From the NCBI GenBank assembly GCA_027459565.1, contig DAIDIA010000263.1, forward strand, positions 1 through 55,278: 55,278 nucleotides of DNA, written 5' to 3'. Below are positions 19,136-28,737 of this stretch, one piece after another; within the stretch, counting starts at the first letter, position 1, and every line of letters starts with the position of its first letter. The DNA comes from Acidimicrobiaceae bacterium (GTDB lineage: Bacteria > Actinomycetota > Acidimicrobiia > Acidimicrobiales > Bog-793). Under the pieces are notes generated by a model. It was not told where the DNA came from. It made no database searches and was given only the letters and a program-made list of their open reading frames with translations. A program made the position numbers and the translations under genes.

Positions 19136-20224
19136 ATGGCAACGAGTCGCGCCGCGGTGGTCACGTCGTATCACCAACCGCTTGAGATCCAACAGGTGGA
19201 GATCCCCGAGCTCAATGGCATATCGATGCTTGTCCGAATTGACGCTTCGACACTGTGTGGCACCGATGTGCACCGGTGGGAGGGCGGCCTAGGGGACGAG
19301 GCGCTGCCCTTTGTCACCGGACATGAACCGTGCGGTTACATCGAGGTCATGAATGCGCCGCGCGTGGACATCTTCAACAGGCCACTCGCAGTCGGAGATC
19401 GCATCGTCTGGAGCTATGTCTCGTGCGGACACTGCTATTACTGCACCGTCGCGCTCCAGCCGTGTCTGTGCCGCGGTCGGGCCTCGTGGGGTCACAACCG
19501 GTCTGACCAGTTTCCCTATCTCCTCGGTAGCTGCGCGCAGTACATGTACGTTCCCGTCGAGTGCCAGATCGTCCGGGTTCCCGATCGGATCTCGTCGGCG
19601 ACGGCCGCGGCATCGTCGTGTGCCTACCGGACCATCATGCATGCCTACGACCGACTGGGCGCGATCAAGAGTCACGAGACCGTGCTCATCCAGGGAAGCG
19701 GACCACTGGGGATCTTCGCGGCAGCGGTGGCGCGCGAACATGGGGCCAAGAAGGTGCTGCTCATCGGTGCACCAGCCGGGCGACTCGAGACGGCAAGGCG
19801 CATGGGCGTGGACGAACTCATTGACATGGACGTGGTGACCGAGGAGTCCGACCGGGTCGCGTGGGTCAAGGACGAGACCGATGGACGCGGGGCCGATGTG
19901 GTAATCCAGTGTGCGACCGCGAACGCGGTCCCGGAGGGCATGCGCATGCTGCGCGACGGCGGCAGGTACGTGAGCGTCGGAGTCGGTGGCAGGGCGGCCA
20001 TGCCGATCGGTGACCTTCCCGGAGAGATGACGCTCTACACGGTTCGCTCCGGCGAGCCGCGCCACTGGCTCCAGGCGATCGACTTCCTGGACTCGCGGTG
20101 GGACTCCTATCCCTTCGAGGAGATGATCAGCGAGAGCTACGACCTCGACGGTGTGAACGACGCGATGGAGGCAATGGCAAGCTTTCGCGTCGTGAAGGCA
20201 GCGATCTATCCAAACGGAAGGTGA
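19136..20224 (+). CDS. zinc-binding alcohol dehydrogenase (MDR superfamily)
   Basis: AAAGGAG SD before the ATG. LCGTDVH, GHEPCG and CGHCYYC (structural Zn) plus the Rossmann motif LIQGSGPLG. Confidence 0.9.
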   Translation: MATSRAAVVTSYHQPLEIQQVEIPELNGISMLVRIDASTLCGTDVHRWEGGLGDEALPFVTGHEPCGYIEVMNAPRVDIFNRPLAVGDRIVWSYVSCGHCYYCTVALQPCLCRGRASWGHNRSDQFPYLLGSCAQYMYVPVECQIVRVPDRISSATAAASSCAYRTIMHAYDRLGAIKSHETVLIQGSGPLGIFAAAVAREHGAKKVLLIGAPAGRLETARRMGVDELIDMDVVTEESDRVAWVKDETDGRGADVVIQCATANAVPEGMRMLRDGGRYVSVGVGGRAAMPIGDLPGEMTLYTVRSGEPRHWLQAIDFLDSRWDSYPFEEMISESYDLDGVNDAMEAMASFRVVKAAIYPNGR

Positions 20225-20289
20225 CGCGACCGTCTTGACTGCGCGCGTCTCGCCACGACGTTCCCCTTGCACGGCGACCTGGTGCGGCG

Positions 20290-21042
20290 ATGATCACTGC
20301 CGGACTTGACCTCGCATCGCAGTCGCCGGGTACCGCGCTCTGCGCCGTCGACTGGAACACCTCCCCCGCACAGGTCATCCGATTCGAGACCGATGTCGAT
20401 GACGATGCGATCGCCTCGGTGATGGGCACGATTGACAAGATCGGCGTTGACGTTCCCCTTGGCTGGCCGATCGCGTTCGCGGAGGCCGTTTTCGAACAGA
20501 GCGCGTCGAGAGCATGGCCCGCGCAGTACCGTCACGGGGAGAACCGCGGCTATCGCTATCGCCAGACGGACCTCTGGGTGCACGGCGAGCTCGGCTTCTA
20601 TCCGCTCTCGGTCTCCACGGACAGGATCTCGTTGCCGGCGATGCGCTTCGCGGCGCTCCGCTCGCGGCTTGCGATCCCCGGCTCGCTCGATGGATCGGGC
20701 CTGATCGTCGAGGCGTATCCTGCAGCGGCGCTCTTTCGCTGGGAGTTCCCGCATCGGCGGTACAAGACGAAGGTCAATCGAGAGACCCGTGACGCGCTGG
20801 TCGAACGGCTCGTTCGCGATTCGACCATATGGCTTCATCTCGATCGCGGGGCGAGGCAGCTCTGCCAGGAGAGCGACGACGCACTGGATTCACTGATCTG
20901 CGCGCTGATGGCACGGGCGAGCGCGGTGCAACCGCACAGACTCGTCGACGAGATTCCCGAACCCGAGAGGGACGCCGCCGCGCGCGAGGGGTGGATCGCG
21001 CTGCCAAAGAGGGGTTCATTCTCGGCCCTCGGCAGCGGGTAG
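20290..21042 (+). CDS. DUF429 domain protein (predicted RNase H-fold)
   Basis: MITAGLDLASQSPGTALCAVDW..., a central VDVPLGWP, and C-terminal DALDSLICALMA are typical of DUF429. Confidence 0.65.
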   Translation: MITAGLDLASQSPGTALCAVDWNTSPAQVIRFETDVDDDAIASVMGTIDKIGVDVPLGWPIAFAEAVFEQSASRAWPAQYRHGENRGYRYRQTDLWVHGELGFYPLSVSTDRISLPAMRFAALRSRLAIPGSLDGSGLIVEAYPAAALFRWEFPHRRYKTKVNRETRDALVERLVRDSTIWLHLDRGARQLCQESDDALDSLICALMARASAVQPHRLVDEIPEPERDAAAREGWIALPKRGSFSALGSG

Positions 21043-21316
21043 GTCCAAGAGACACTGGGACCATTAAAGGGACGTCTGGTTCGCGTCGATCGACCGGGTT
21101 GGGCGGAGATGTCGTCGATGGAACACGCGTGGATGTTGTGAATCAGTGACCTTTGGCTCTAGCAGGGTCGGTCGCGCGCATCAAATACTTGCCCCATGGT
21201 TCGACAACAGCGCGTGTGCCGGCACCTCGAGGTCGATGGGTATTGACGGTGGAGATAGCGCCTGATCGGCGGGCCTGCCAGCACAGTCGCATGGCGCTCC
21301 CAAGGAGGAGTCGGAC

Positions 21317-22648
21317 ATGACAAGTTCAATCGTTGAGGTCTTTCAGCCGGGCGACCTGATCGCGCTTGACGGTGGCGATCATGACTATGACGAACTTCTC
21401 GACCTGATCGGTGAGAGGCGCTTCGTCCTGCTTGGCGAGGCCTCCCATGGAAGCCATGAGTTCTACCGCGAACGCTCACGCATCACCCAACGGCTCATTG
21501 AGGAGCGGGGCTTCACGGTCGTTGCCGCCGAGGCTGATTGGCCCGATGCCTCCCGTGTCAACAGCTATGTGATGGGGAGGTCAGATGATCCGGACGCGCG
21601 TGCCGCCCTCGAGGGTTTCGAGCGGTTCCCAAGCTGGATGTGGCGCAACAAGGACATCGTGGAATTCGTCGAGTGGTTGCGTGCGCACAACCAGGAGCAC
21701 ATCGATGAGCAGTTCAAGGCCGGTTTCTACGGTCTCGATCTCTACAGTCTGCACGCCTCGATGGAGGCGGTCATCACCTATTTGCATTCGGTCGACCCCG
21801 AAGCCGCGAGCGAGGCGCGCGAGCGCTACAGCTGTTTTGACCATGTGCGTGCCGAGGGCGCTGAATATGGCAGAGCGGTCACTCTCGACCACATGGTCCC
21901 CTGCGAGGACGTGGTCGTCGCCCAGCTTGTCGCGATGCAAAAGAAGACGGCGGAGCTGCTCGCCCGCGATGGTTGGACCGCTGAGGAGCGCCTCTTCTCG
22001 GCCTCGCAGAATGCCCGGCTCGTTCACAACGCCGAGCGTTACTACCGCACGATGTATTCGGGCAGCGTCTCGTCATGGAATCTCCGAGATCAGCACATGG
22101 CGGAGACGCTCGCGCATCTCGTCGAACATCACGACCGTCACTTTGGACCCACCAAGGTCGTGGTGTGGGCGCACAATTCCCATGTTGGCGACGCCCGGTC
22201 GACAGAGCTTGGATCTGCGGGCGAACTCAACGTGGGCCAGCTGGTCCGGACCGCCTGGGGAGAAGACAGCTTTCTCATCGGCTTCACAACAGACCACGGA
22301 CGCGTCACCGCCGCATCGAACTGGGGTGAGCCAGCAGAACGCAAACACGTCCGTCCCGCGCTGCGCGGGAGCTACGAGGAACTCTTTCATCTCGCGCAGC
22401 ATGATCGTTTCCTCATCCGCCTCGGAGACCAGGCCCCGGTCACGTTGGAGCGAGAGCGTCTGGAACGCGCGATCGGTGTGATCTATCGACCCGAGACCGA
22501 GCGTCGCAGCCACTGGTTCTCCGCGCACCTGCCCTCCCAGTTCGACGCGGTGATCCACATCGATCACACAACGGCGGTCGAGCCACTTGAGCGGACCGCG
22601 ATCTGGGACACCGGAGAGCCACCCGAGACCTATCCGTCGGGACTTTGA
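21317..22648 (+). CDS. erythromycin esterase family protein (EreA/ChaN-like)
   Basis: LLGEASHGSHEFYRERSRITQRLIEERGFTVVAAEADWPDA and VVWAHNSHVGD match the erythromycin esterase family signature. Confidence 0.85.
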   Translation: MTSSIVEVFQPGDLIALDGGDHDYDELLDLIGERRFVLLGEASHGSHEFYRERSRITQRLIEERGFTVVAAEADWPDASRVNSYVMGRSDDPDARAALEGFERFPSWMWRNKDIVEFVEWLRAHNQEHIDEQFKAGFYGLDLYSLHASMEAVITYLHSVDPEAASEARERYSCFDHVRAEGAEYGRAVTLDHMVPCEDVVVAQLVAMQKKTAELLARDGWTAEERLFSASQNARLVHNAERYYRTMYSGSVSSWNLRDQHMAETLAHLVEHHDRHFGPTKVVVWAHNSHVGDARSTELGSAGELNVGQLVRTAWGEDSFLIGFTTDHGRVTAASNWGEPAERKHVRPALRGSYEELFHLAQHDRFLIRLGDQAPVTLERERLERAIGVIYRPETERRSHWFSAHLPSQFDAVIHIDHTTAVEPLERTAIWDTGEPPETYPSGL

Positions 22649-22747
22649 GATGCCAACGACGAGGCGGTGTGGTCGAAAGATCCACAGCCGCGCTCTCGGG
22701 ACCGGCCGCGTCGCCGACGCCCGTTCGTGAGCGCGAGGCGTGTGCTG

Positions 22748-23425
22748 ATGTTCAGCGATCGCGTTGATGCCGGAAGGCGTCTCGGTGAACTCGTCAAGAC
22801 CCGCCTGTTCGGGTCCGTCGTTGTTGTCGGGCTTCCCCGCGGTGGGGTGCCGGTTGCCTTCGAGGTTGCCCGCGCGATCGGTGCTCCGCTTGACGTCATC
22901 GTGGTACGTAAGCTCGGCGTTCCCTCCCAACCTGAGGTCGCCATGGGGGCAATTGGCGAGGGCGGCGTGCGCGTCGTCGATCAAGAGGTCGTCACAGCCG
23001 CGCGGGTAAGCGATGCCGTCTTCGCCGAGGTGGAGCAGATGGAACGGTCCGAGCTCGCGCGAAGGGTCGCGCTGTTCCGCCGTGTCCGCCCGCGTCTCTC
23101 GCTCTATAAGGAGACGGTGATCGTTGTCGATGATGGCATCGCAACGGGGTCGACCGCGCGCGCCGCATGCCAGGTCGCAGCCGCGGGTGGCGCCTCCCAC
23201 GTCATCGTGGCTACCCCGGTTGCCCCGCGATCGGTTGTCGATGAACTCTCCGATGTCGCGGAGGAGGTCATCTGCCTCGAGATGCCGGCGGAATTTGTCG
23301 CGGTTGGAAGGTGGTACTCGGATTTTCGCCAGACCCGGGACGAAGAGGTTCTCGAGATCCTCCGGAGATCGGTCGAAGTGTCGTCGTCACGAGGTGGCGA
23401 ATCAACGGGCCAAGAGACCGAGTAG
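22748..23425 (+). CDS. phosphoribosyltransferase family protein
   Basis: MFSDRVDAGRRLGELV...VVVGLPRGGVPVAFEVA...LDVIVVRKLG and the PRPP loop VIVVDDGIATGST. Confidence 0.85.
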   Translation: MFSDRVDAGRRLGELVKTRLFGSVVVVGLPRGGVPVAFEVARAIGAPLDVIVVRKLGVPSQPEVAMGAIGEGGVRVVDQEVVTAARVSDAVFAEVEQMERSELARRVALFRRVRPRLSLYKETVIVVDDGIATGSTARAACQVAAAGGASHVIVATPVAPRSVVDELSDVAEEVICLEMPAEFVAVGRWYSDFRQTRDEEVLEILRRSVEVSSSRGGESTGQETE

Positions 23426-23617
23426 GCGGTCTCGCGACCTCGCGCATGATCTTCTGGAACGCAGCGTCGGGCGAGTTGTGACCTTTGCCTCTATGAACGA
23501 CATCGCAGGGGTGAAGTGATGCACCAAGAGGGCCAACGCCGCGTCGGGTACCTGTCAGCTCAGGTCGGTTCGACGTCGTCTGGGCCCGGAAGTTTTCGCG
23601 ACAGAGAGGAAGGGACC

Positions 23618-24385
23618 ATGAATCGCTTGAATGGAAAGGTCGCACTCGTGACGGGAGCTGCCCAGGGTATTGGATTTGCGACCGCGCAGCTCTTCGCGCG
23701 CGAGGGTGCCACGGTCGCCCTGACGGATGTCCAGATCGATGAGGGAATGCGCGCCGTGGACGAGATCGTCAGGAGTGGCGGTACGGCGAGATTCTGGCAA
23801 CTTGACACCACCGACGAGCCGGGCATCACGCGTGTGTTCGCCGAGGTGGTCGACGCATTCGGCCATCTCGATGTGCTGGTCAACAACGCCGGGATATCGG
23901 GTACGAACAAGCCGACACACGAGATCACCCTTGAGGAGTGGAACCGAGTCATCTCGGTCAACCTCAACGGTGTGTTTCTGTGCACCAAGCACGCGATCGG
24001 CTACATGAAGAGCGCTGGAGGCGGGAGCATCGTCAACCTGTCATCGATCTATGGTCTGGTGGGCGCAGCAGATTCTCCTCCGTACCATGCCGCGAAGGGC
24101 GCCGTGCGACTGATGAGCAAGACGGATGCGATGATCTACGCTCCCGATTACATCCGCGTGAATTCGGTGCATCCGGGATTCATCTGGACGCCGATGGTGG
24201 AGAACTTCCTCAGCAGCCAGGGCGATCTTGAGGCAGGGCGCCGGGCGATCGACGAGTTGCATCCGATCGGGCACATGGGAGAGCCAGAGGACATCGCCTA
24301 TGGAATCCTCTATCTCGCCTCGGAGGAATCGAAGTTCGTCACCGGCAGCGAGCTGGTCATCGACGGGGGGTACACCGCGCACTAG
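23618..24385 (+). CDS. SDR family oxidoreductase (classical, glucose/3-oxoacyl reductase-like)
   Basis: GAGGAAGG SD, LNGKVALVTGAAQGIG, NNAG, and SS...YHAAKGAV (Y-x3-K). Confidence 0.9.
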   Translation: MNRLNGKVALVTGAAQGIGFATAQLFAREGATVALTDVQIDEGMRAVDEIVRSGGTARFWQLDTTDEPGITRVFAEVVDAFGHLDVLVNNAGISGTNKPTHEITLEEWNRVISVNLNGVFLCTKHAIGYMKSAGGGSIVNLSSIYGLVGAADSPPYHAAKGAVRLMSKTDAMIYAPDYIRVNSVHPGFIWTPMVENFLSSQGDLEAGRRAIDELHPIGHMGEPEDIAYGILYLASEESKFVTGSELVIDGGYTAH

Positions 24386-24512
24386 CGCAAGGCGACGCGC
24401 GAAGAGTGGCCGACCGCGATGCGCACTATCGATCGGCAGCCTCGCGCATCAGGTCGGAATTCTCTCGCGTGCGCCCAACGAGGACCCAAGGACAACCTGT
24501 CCCACTCGAACG

Positions 24513-24540
24513 AAAAAAGCCCGAGCGCGCGATGCGCTCG
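24513..24540 (-). terminator. intrinsic terminator for the minus-strand ORF 24550-24876
   Basis: CGAGCGC (24522-24528) pairs with GCGCTCG (24534-24540) over a 5-nt loop. On the minus strand the hairpin is followed by GGCTTTTTTCG (A-run 24513-24518 on the + strand). Confidence 0.6.
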
Positions 24541-24549
24541 CGCCGCGAA

Positions 24550-24876
24550 TCAGCGGCGTCCGGGATGGCGCAGCCCGCGCGTCTGCTTCGAGAACGGCCG
24601 GTTCCGAACCGGTCGCGGCGCCAGCTCCTCGGCGACATCCGGTGGGATATGAAGATGACGGTGTCCCGGCGCGTGCGCCTCATCGATGACCGGTTCCGGT
24701 CGTGGCGTAGGGGCCTCCGGTGAGACCATCGGCGTGACCACCTCGCCAAAGCCCTCGCGCACCTGATCCAGTTTGGACCTCTTGCGGGCCCGGTGCACCG
24801 TGCGGGCAAGCAGCGTCGCTCCTGAGGCGGCAGCGACTGCGACCACTTTCCTGTTGCGTCTCATCTCGTCCTCCAT
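24550..24876 (-). CDS. hypothetical small protein (N-terminal hydrophobic segment, His/Pro-rich C-terminal half)
   Basis: 108-aa ORF MEDEMRRNRKVVAVAAASGATLLA...HAPGHRHLHIPPD. No family recognised. Support is a clean hairpin plus T-tract terminator 10 nt downstream of its stop. Confidence 0.45.
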   Translation of the reverse strand: MEDEMRRNRKVVAVAAASGATLLARTVHRARKRSKLDQVREGFGEVVTPMVSPEAPTPRPEPVIDEAHAPGHRHLHIPPDVAEELAPRPVRNRPFSKQTRGLRHPGRR

Positions 24877-24983
24877 CGCGCTCGGCCCCGTCCCCTCGGG
24901 GCGACGGGGTCATCGGGCATGTCCATTACCTCCGCCACCATGATCGATGGGCATGGAGTCGCGCGATAGAGGAAAAGGTCCTC

Positions 24984-26021
24984 TTGCGGACGGGCTTCCA
25001 TCTCCCGGCTTCAGGGCAAGTCCAGATGATCGACGCTCCGGTGTCTCCAAACGCGGCCGCGGCCGCGGTAACCTCGCCACCAGCTATGTACCGTTCTCGA
25101 CCGTACGTCTTTCGCGACGCGAGGGAATTGCATCTCCGAGCCAGCCGTCTCCCTCCTCGGTCGGCTCTCTCTCTGCGGAGTATCGGAGCAGCTCTCGTCC
25201 TGCTCGGCGCGGGTACGGGTGTCGCCGCGGCGACGGGCCGCGGGGATCGCGTTGCGGTGATGTCGAGTGCACGCGCGATTCGTATGGCTCACCAGGTCCC
25301 ATCGGCTCGCCAAGGCAAGATATCGTCGCGCCATGGTGCCCCGGGCACGACGCACAATATTCCTCCGGTCATGCAGCCAAGCGCGTCGGCGCATCTCACC
25401 CTCTTGAAGATTGGAGATTCGCTCGCCGAGGAGCTCGGTTTTGGCCTTCGCGACGTCCTCGGTTCGAACCACAACGTGTCGATCATTCAGGATGCGGTCG
25501 GGGACACCGGCCTCGCCCGGCCCGATTTCTACAACTGGCCCGCGCATCTCGCGCAAGAACTTGCCGCGGATCATCCTCGCGGCGTCATTGTGATGCTCGG
25601 CGGAGACGATGGCCAGGGGTTCTCCTATCGGGGGCAGACGGTGAGGTTTGGCTCCGCGATGTGGCACTCGATCTATGCGCAGCGCGTCGGCTCGATGATG
25701 TCGGAGGCGACGGCCGCTGGCGCGCATGTGATCTGGGTCGGTCTGCCAATCATGCGATCCGCGTTCTTCTCCTCGGAGATGGCACAGATGAACGCGATAT
25801 TCTCCGCGCAGGCTGCCTCACACCCGGGCGTGACCTTCGTTCCCACCTGGAACCTCTTCGCGAACGCCGCGGGAAGCTACAGCGCGATGCTCCCGGGTCC
25901 CACCGGCCGTCTCGAGTTGATGCGTAATCCCGACGGCGTGCATTTCTCGGGAGCCGGTGACGACCGCCTCGCGACTGCGGTTGTTCACGCGATGGACATT
26001 GTATGGAAGGTCCATCTCTAA
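24984..26021 (+). CDS. membrane-anchored SGNH/GDSL-like hydrolase (DUF459-type)
   Basis: TM/signal segment IGAALVLLGAGTGVAAA. Block I LLKIGDSLAEELG. GGDDGQGF. C-terminal DGVHFSGAGDDRLA (the D-x-x-H block). The start is uncertain (GTG 24984 or ATG 25086). Confidence 0.7.
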   Translation: MRTGFHLPASGQVQMIDAPVSPNAAAAAVTSPPAMYRSRPYVFRDARELHLRASRLPPRSALSLRSIGAALVLLGAGTGVAAATGRGDRVAVMSSARAIRMAHQVPSARQGKISSRHGAPGTTHNIPPVMQPSASAHLTLLKIGDSLAEELGFGLRDVLGSNHNVSIIQDAVGDTGLARPDFYNWPAHLAQELAADHPRGVIVMLGGDDGQGFSYRGQTVRFGSAMWHSIYAQRVGSMMSEATAAGAHVIWVGLPIMRSAFFSSEMAQMNAIFSAQAASHPGVTFVPTWNLFANAAGSYSAMLPGPTGRLELMRNPDGVHFSGAGDDRLATAVVHAMDIVWKVHL

Positions 26022-26239
26022 CTCCGCGCTGTTGGCGTTTTGGCTGGACAGCCCGACGCACTTTGCAATCTCTGCGGCACTGCGGCTCGTATCAGGAAGT
26101 GGCCCCGCCGGTGGTCACTTGCGTCGCGCACTCATGGTGGAGTAACGCGTCGGCGCGTCGAGTCGGGATCGACCCGCCCGAATCTGACGTGCGCGATTCA
26201 CCCGAGGAGGAATGGCTGACCCCGTGTTTCGAGATCGGC

Positions 26240-26824
26240 TCATCTCGTCTTCGATGGAGCAAGTCGGCGCAGCGTGAGGTTGATCCGTCGTCCGACGTCG
26301 CGGCGGGTCTTTGGGATCGCGTGGCTCCAGAGTTGCTGCGTGTCACCGCGCATCACCAGCAGGCTCCCGTGTTCGAGATCCACGCTGACGCGCTGTCTCG
26401 TCTGGCGGTGTCGCAACACGAATTGCCGCGTCGCGCCAAATGAAAGGGAGACGATCGTCGCGCGTTCTCCCCAAAGACTCTCGTTGTCGCTGTGCCACGA
26501 GACGCTGTCCCTGCCGTCTCGATAAAGGTTCGCGAGCACGCAGTTGAACTCGCCTGCGATCTGTTCGACCGATCCCGCGACACGCCGCAGGGCGGGAGGG
26601 AAGGGGTGTGGCGAATGCACGACACCTGAGTATGTATATCCCGTCGGGCCGTACCAGGCGGTCAGTCGCGGCAGAGGGATCTTCTTCCCGAAGACGACGG
26701 CGCTCTCTTGTGACCAGTCGAGGCAGTCATCGAGTTCGACGAGCAGGGCGTCGGCCTCACTGGTGGAAAAGTGTCCCGGCAGGTAGCTGACGTCGCCATC
26801 GAAGGGCAAGAGGTTGTCGGGCAT
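26240..26824 (-). CDS. alkB: alpha-ketoglutarate/Fe(II)-dependent dioxygenase AlkB
   Basis: From the ATG at 26824: MPDNLLPFDGDVSYLPGHF..., LANLYRDGRDSVSWHSDNE (H-x-D), SLSFGATRQF, SLLVMRGDTQQLWSHAIPK and RINLTLRRL. Confidence 0.85.
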   Translation of the reverse strand: MPDNLLPFDGDVSYLPGHFSTSEADALLVELDDCLDWSQESAVVFGKKIPLPRLTAWYGPTGYTYSGVVHSPHPFPPALRRVAGSVEQIAGEFNCVLANLYRDGRDSVSWHSDNESLWGERATIVSLSFGATRQFVLRHRQTRQRVSVDLEHGSLLVMRGDTQQLWSHAIPKTRRDVGRRINLTLRRLAPSKTR

Positions 26825-26998
26825 CGCTCGGCATCCTACCGAGGTCGGTGCACGATCTTGCGTTGCGCCAACGACGGGGATATCGGTCCGCTCTGCGCAC
26901 TGGAGCTGGTCGGCGCCACGACCGTGGAGCGGCACGCCGCCTGAGACGGGAGTAGGGAAAATCGGTCATTGTGCTATCTTTCGCGGCTCGTGGAGCCC

Positions 26999-28315
26999 AT
27001 GAACCGCCAGCAGGCTCTTGCCGGCCTGCCACCGACGGGTAGCGCCCTGGGTCCCGATCGGCATCGAGGATCGAGGGGCTGTTTGTTGCGCCTCCGTCGT
27101 GGACCCCTCGTCGTCGCGACAACCCTCATCATGCTCGCGGCACTTGGCCCGTTGACGGTGTCCGCGGGGGCCTCCACGGTCAATACCGACCGGACGAAGA
27201 TCAGCCAACTCGAGCGCCAGGTCGCGGCGCAGGGCGCCGCGGTCCAGTCGCTCGTGACGAGATCGAATTCGGTTGCGTATGAACTTGCCGGAATCCGAGC
27301 GAAGATCGCGCGCAACCGCGCGTTACTCGATGCAGAGCACCGTCAGATGGCCAGGGCCGAGGCCGGACTCCGCTCCCTTGCGGTCGCCGATTACGTCGGT
27401 CAGGCAGGAGGATACGCGCCCTCGCTCGGAACCTTCACGAACGGCGCGGACGCGGCGACGATGATGGCGAAGCAGGAGTATCTGGGTGCGGCGAACGGAC
27501 GCATCAGCCAGGCGATCGCGAATCTCCAGAACCTCCAGCACCAGACCGCCGTGACGACCGGCGTATTGCAGCCTCAAGCCGACGCAGCCGCAGCGACGCT
27601 CACGCAGGCGACGGCCGCGAGTCAGGGCGCAGAGAGCGCGCTGAACCAGGAGAACGCCGCGCTCGGAAAGTTGACGAGCAGCGAGCTGGCAATCGTGATC
27701 GCGGCCAACGCGCGCGCGCAGGCAAAGAAGGAGAAGGCGGCGGAGACCGCCCTTGCAAGTCAGCAGCAGTCCGTTGCCGCGCAGAGTTCGACTCAGGCTC
27801 CGGTCACCGTGAGTATCGGTGTGACGCCAGGCTCCTATGCCGACCCACTGCGCGCGATCAACGGCCTCTCGCCCGAGCGGATCGACCAGGGCGTTGACTT
27901 CCAGGGCTTTGGTCCGATCTACGCGGTCGGTGATGGAGTCGTGATCAGCATCTACAACGGCGGCTGGCCCGGCGGAACGTTCATCTCCTATCGCCTTGTC
28001 GACGGGCCGGCCCAGGGGCTCGTCGTGTACGCGGCCGAGGACATCTATCCGAGGGTGCAGGTCGGACAGTCCGTGACCTCCCAGACGGTCATCGGCGAGA
28101 TGTATGAGGGTCCAGAGGGAATCGAAACCGGTTGGGCATTCCCTGCCGGGGACGGGCTGACGATGGCAGGAGCAAGTGGACAGTACGGCGGGTACAACTC
28201 ATCAGCGTTTGGTTACAATTTCTCGCAGTTCCTGACCTCGTTGGGCGGGAGGGGCGGAATCTTGCAAGGCGGCTCCACCTCGGGTTCGCTTCCGTCGGGA
28301 TGGCCCCAGTTCTGA
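26999..28315 (+). CDS. secreted coiled-coil protein with C-terminal LytM/M23-like domain lacking the metal-binding histidines
   Basis: Signal/TM segment LVVATTLIMLAALGPLTVSAGA. About 250 aa of Ala/Gln-rich heptad-like sequence. C-terminal IDQGVDFQGFGPIYAVGDGVV...VYAAEDIYPRVQVGQSV...VIGEMY resembles M23 blocks, but Q, A and G sit where H-x3-D and H-x-H are expected. The start is uncertain (26969 or 26999). Confidence 0.65.
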   Translation: MNRQQALAGLPPTGSALGPDRHRGSRGCLLRLRRGPLVVATTLIMLAALGPLTVSAGASTVNTDRTKISQLERQVAAQGAAVQSLVTRSNSVAYELAGIRAKIARNRALLDAEHRQMARAEAGLRSLAVADYVGQAGGYAPSLGTFTNGADAATMMAKQEYLGAANGRISQAIANLQNLQHQTAVTTGVLQPQADAAAATLTQATAASQGAESALNQENAALGKLTSSELAIVIAANARAQAKKEKAAETALASQQQSVAAQSSTQAPVTVSIGVTPGSYADPLRAINGLSPERIDQGVDFQGFGPIYAVGDGVVISIYNGGWPGGTFISYRLVDGPAQGLVVYAAEDIYPRVQVGQSVTSQTVIGEMYEGPEGIETGWAFPAGDGLTMAGASGQYGGYNSSAFGYNFSQFLTSLGGRGGILQGGSTSGSLPSGWPQF

Positions 28316-28737
28316 CGCGACCCTGACGCGACCCAGAGGCGACGCGACGGCGATATGGGCGCGTCCCGGCTTCGTCGCTTGGAATCGAGAGGCGAAGGCG
28401 CCCCCTCAATGGCCCAGTTGTCGATCGGTGTCACGAGAGGCATATCAAGGACGCGATTCGGGGGGCGGCTGGTCTCTTGGCCGGTGCGTTCGTTCGCGTT
28501 GAGTGCGCGCGGCACTTCGTAGTCGAGTGACCATTTGCCGGAGTGATAGAGGGGCCGAAGCGCCATTCATCCGTCATGGGCCCCGTGATCCCGGGCTTTG
28601 TACTTTGGACCCAATTGTTTTCGATCTGTGTGCTTACCGGTTCCCGAGCGGTATCTGGGCCCGCGAGAGGTAATAATCGTGGATGGGGCGGCGCGCTCCC
28701 TCTCCATCTCGGAACTGACGCGAAAGGAGGGCGTTCG

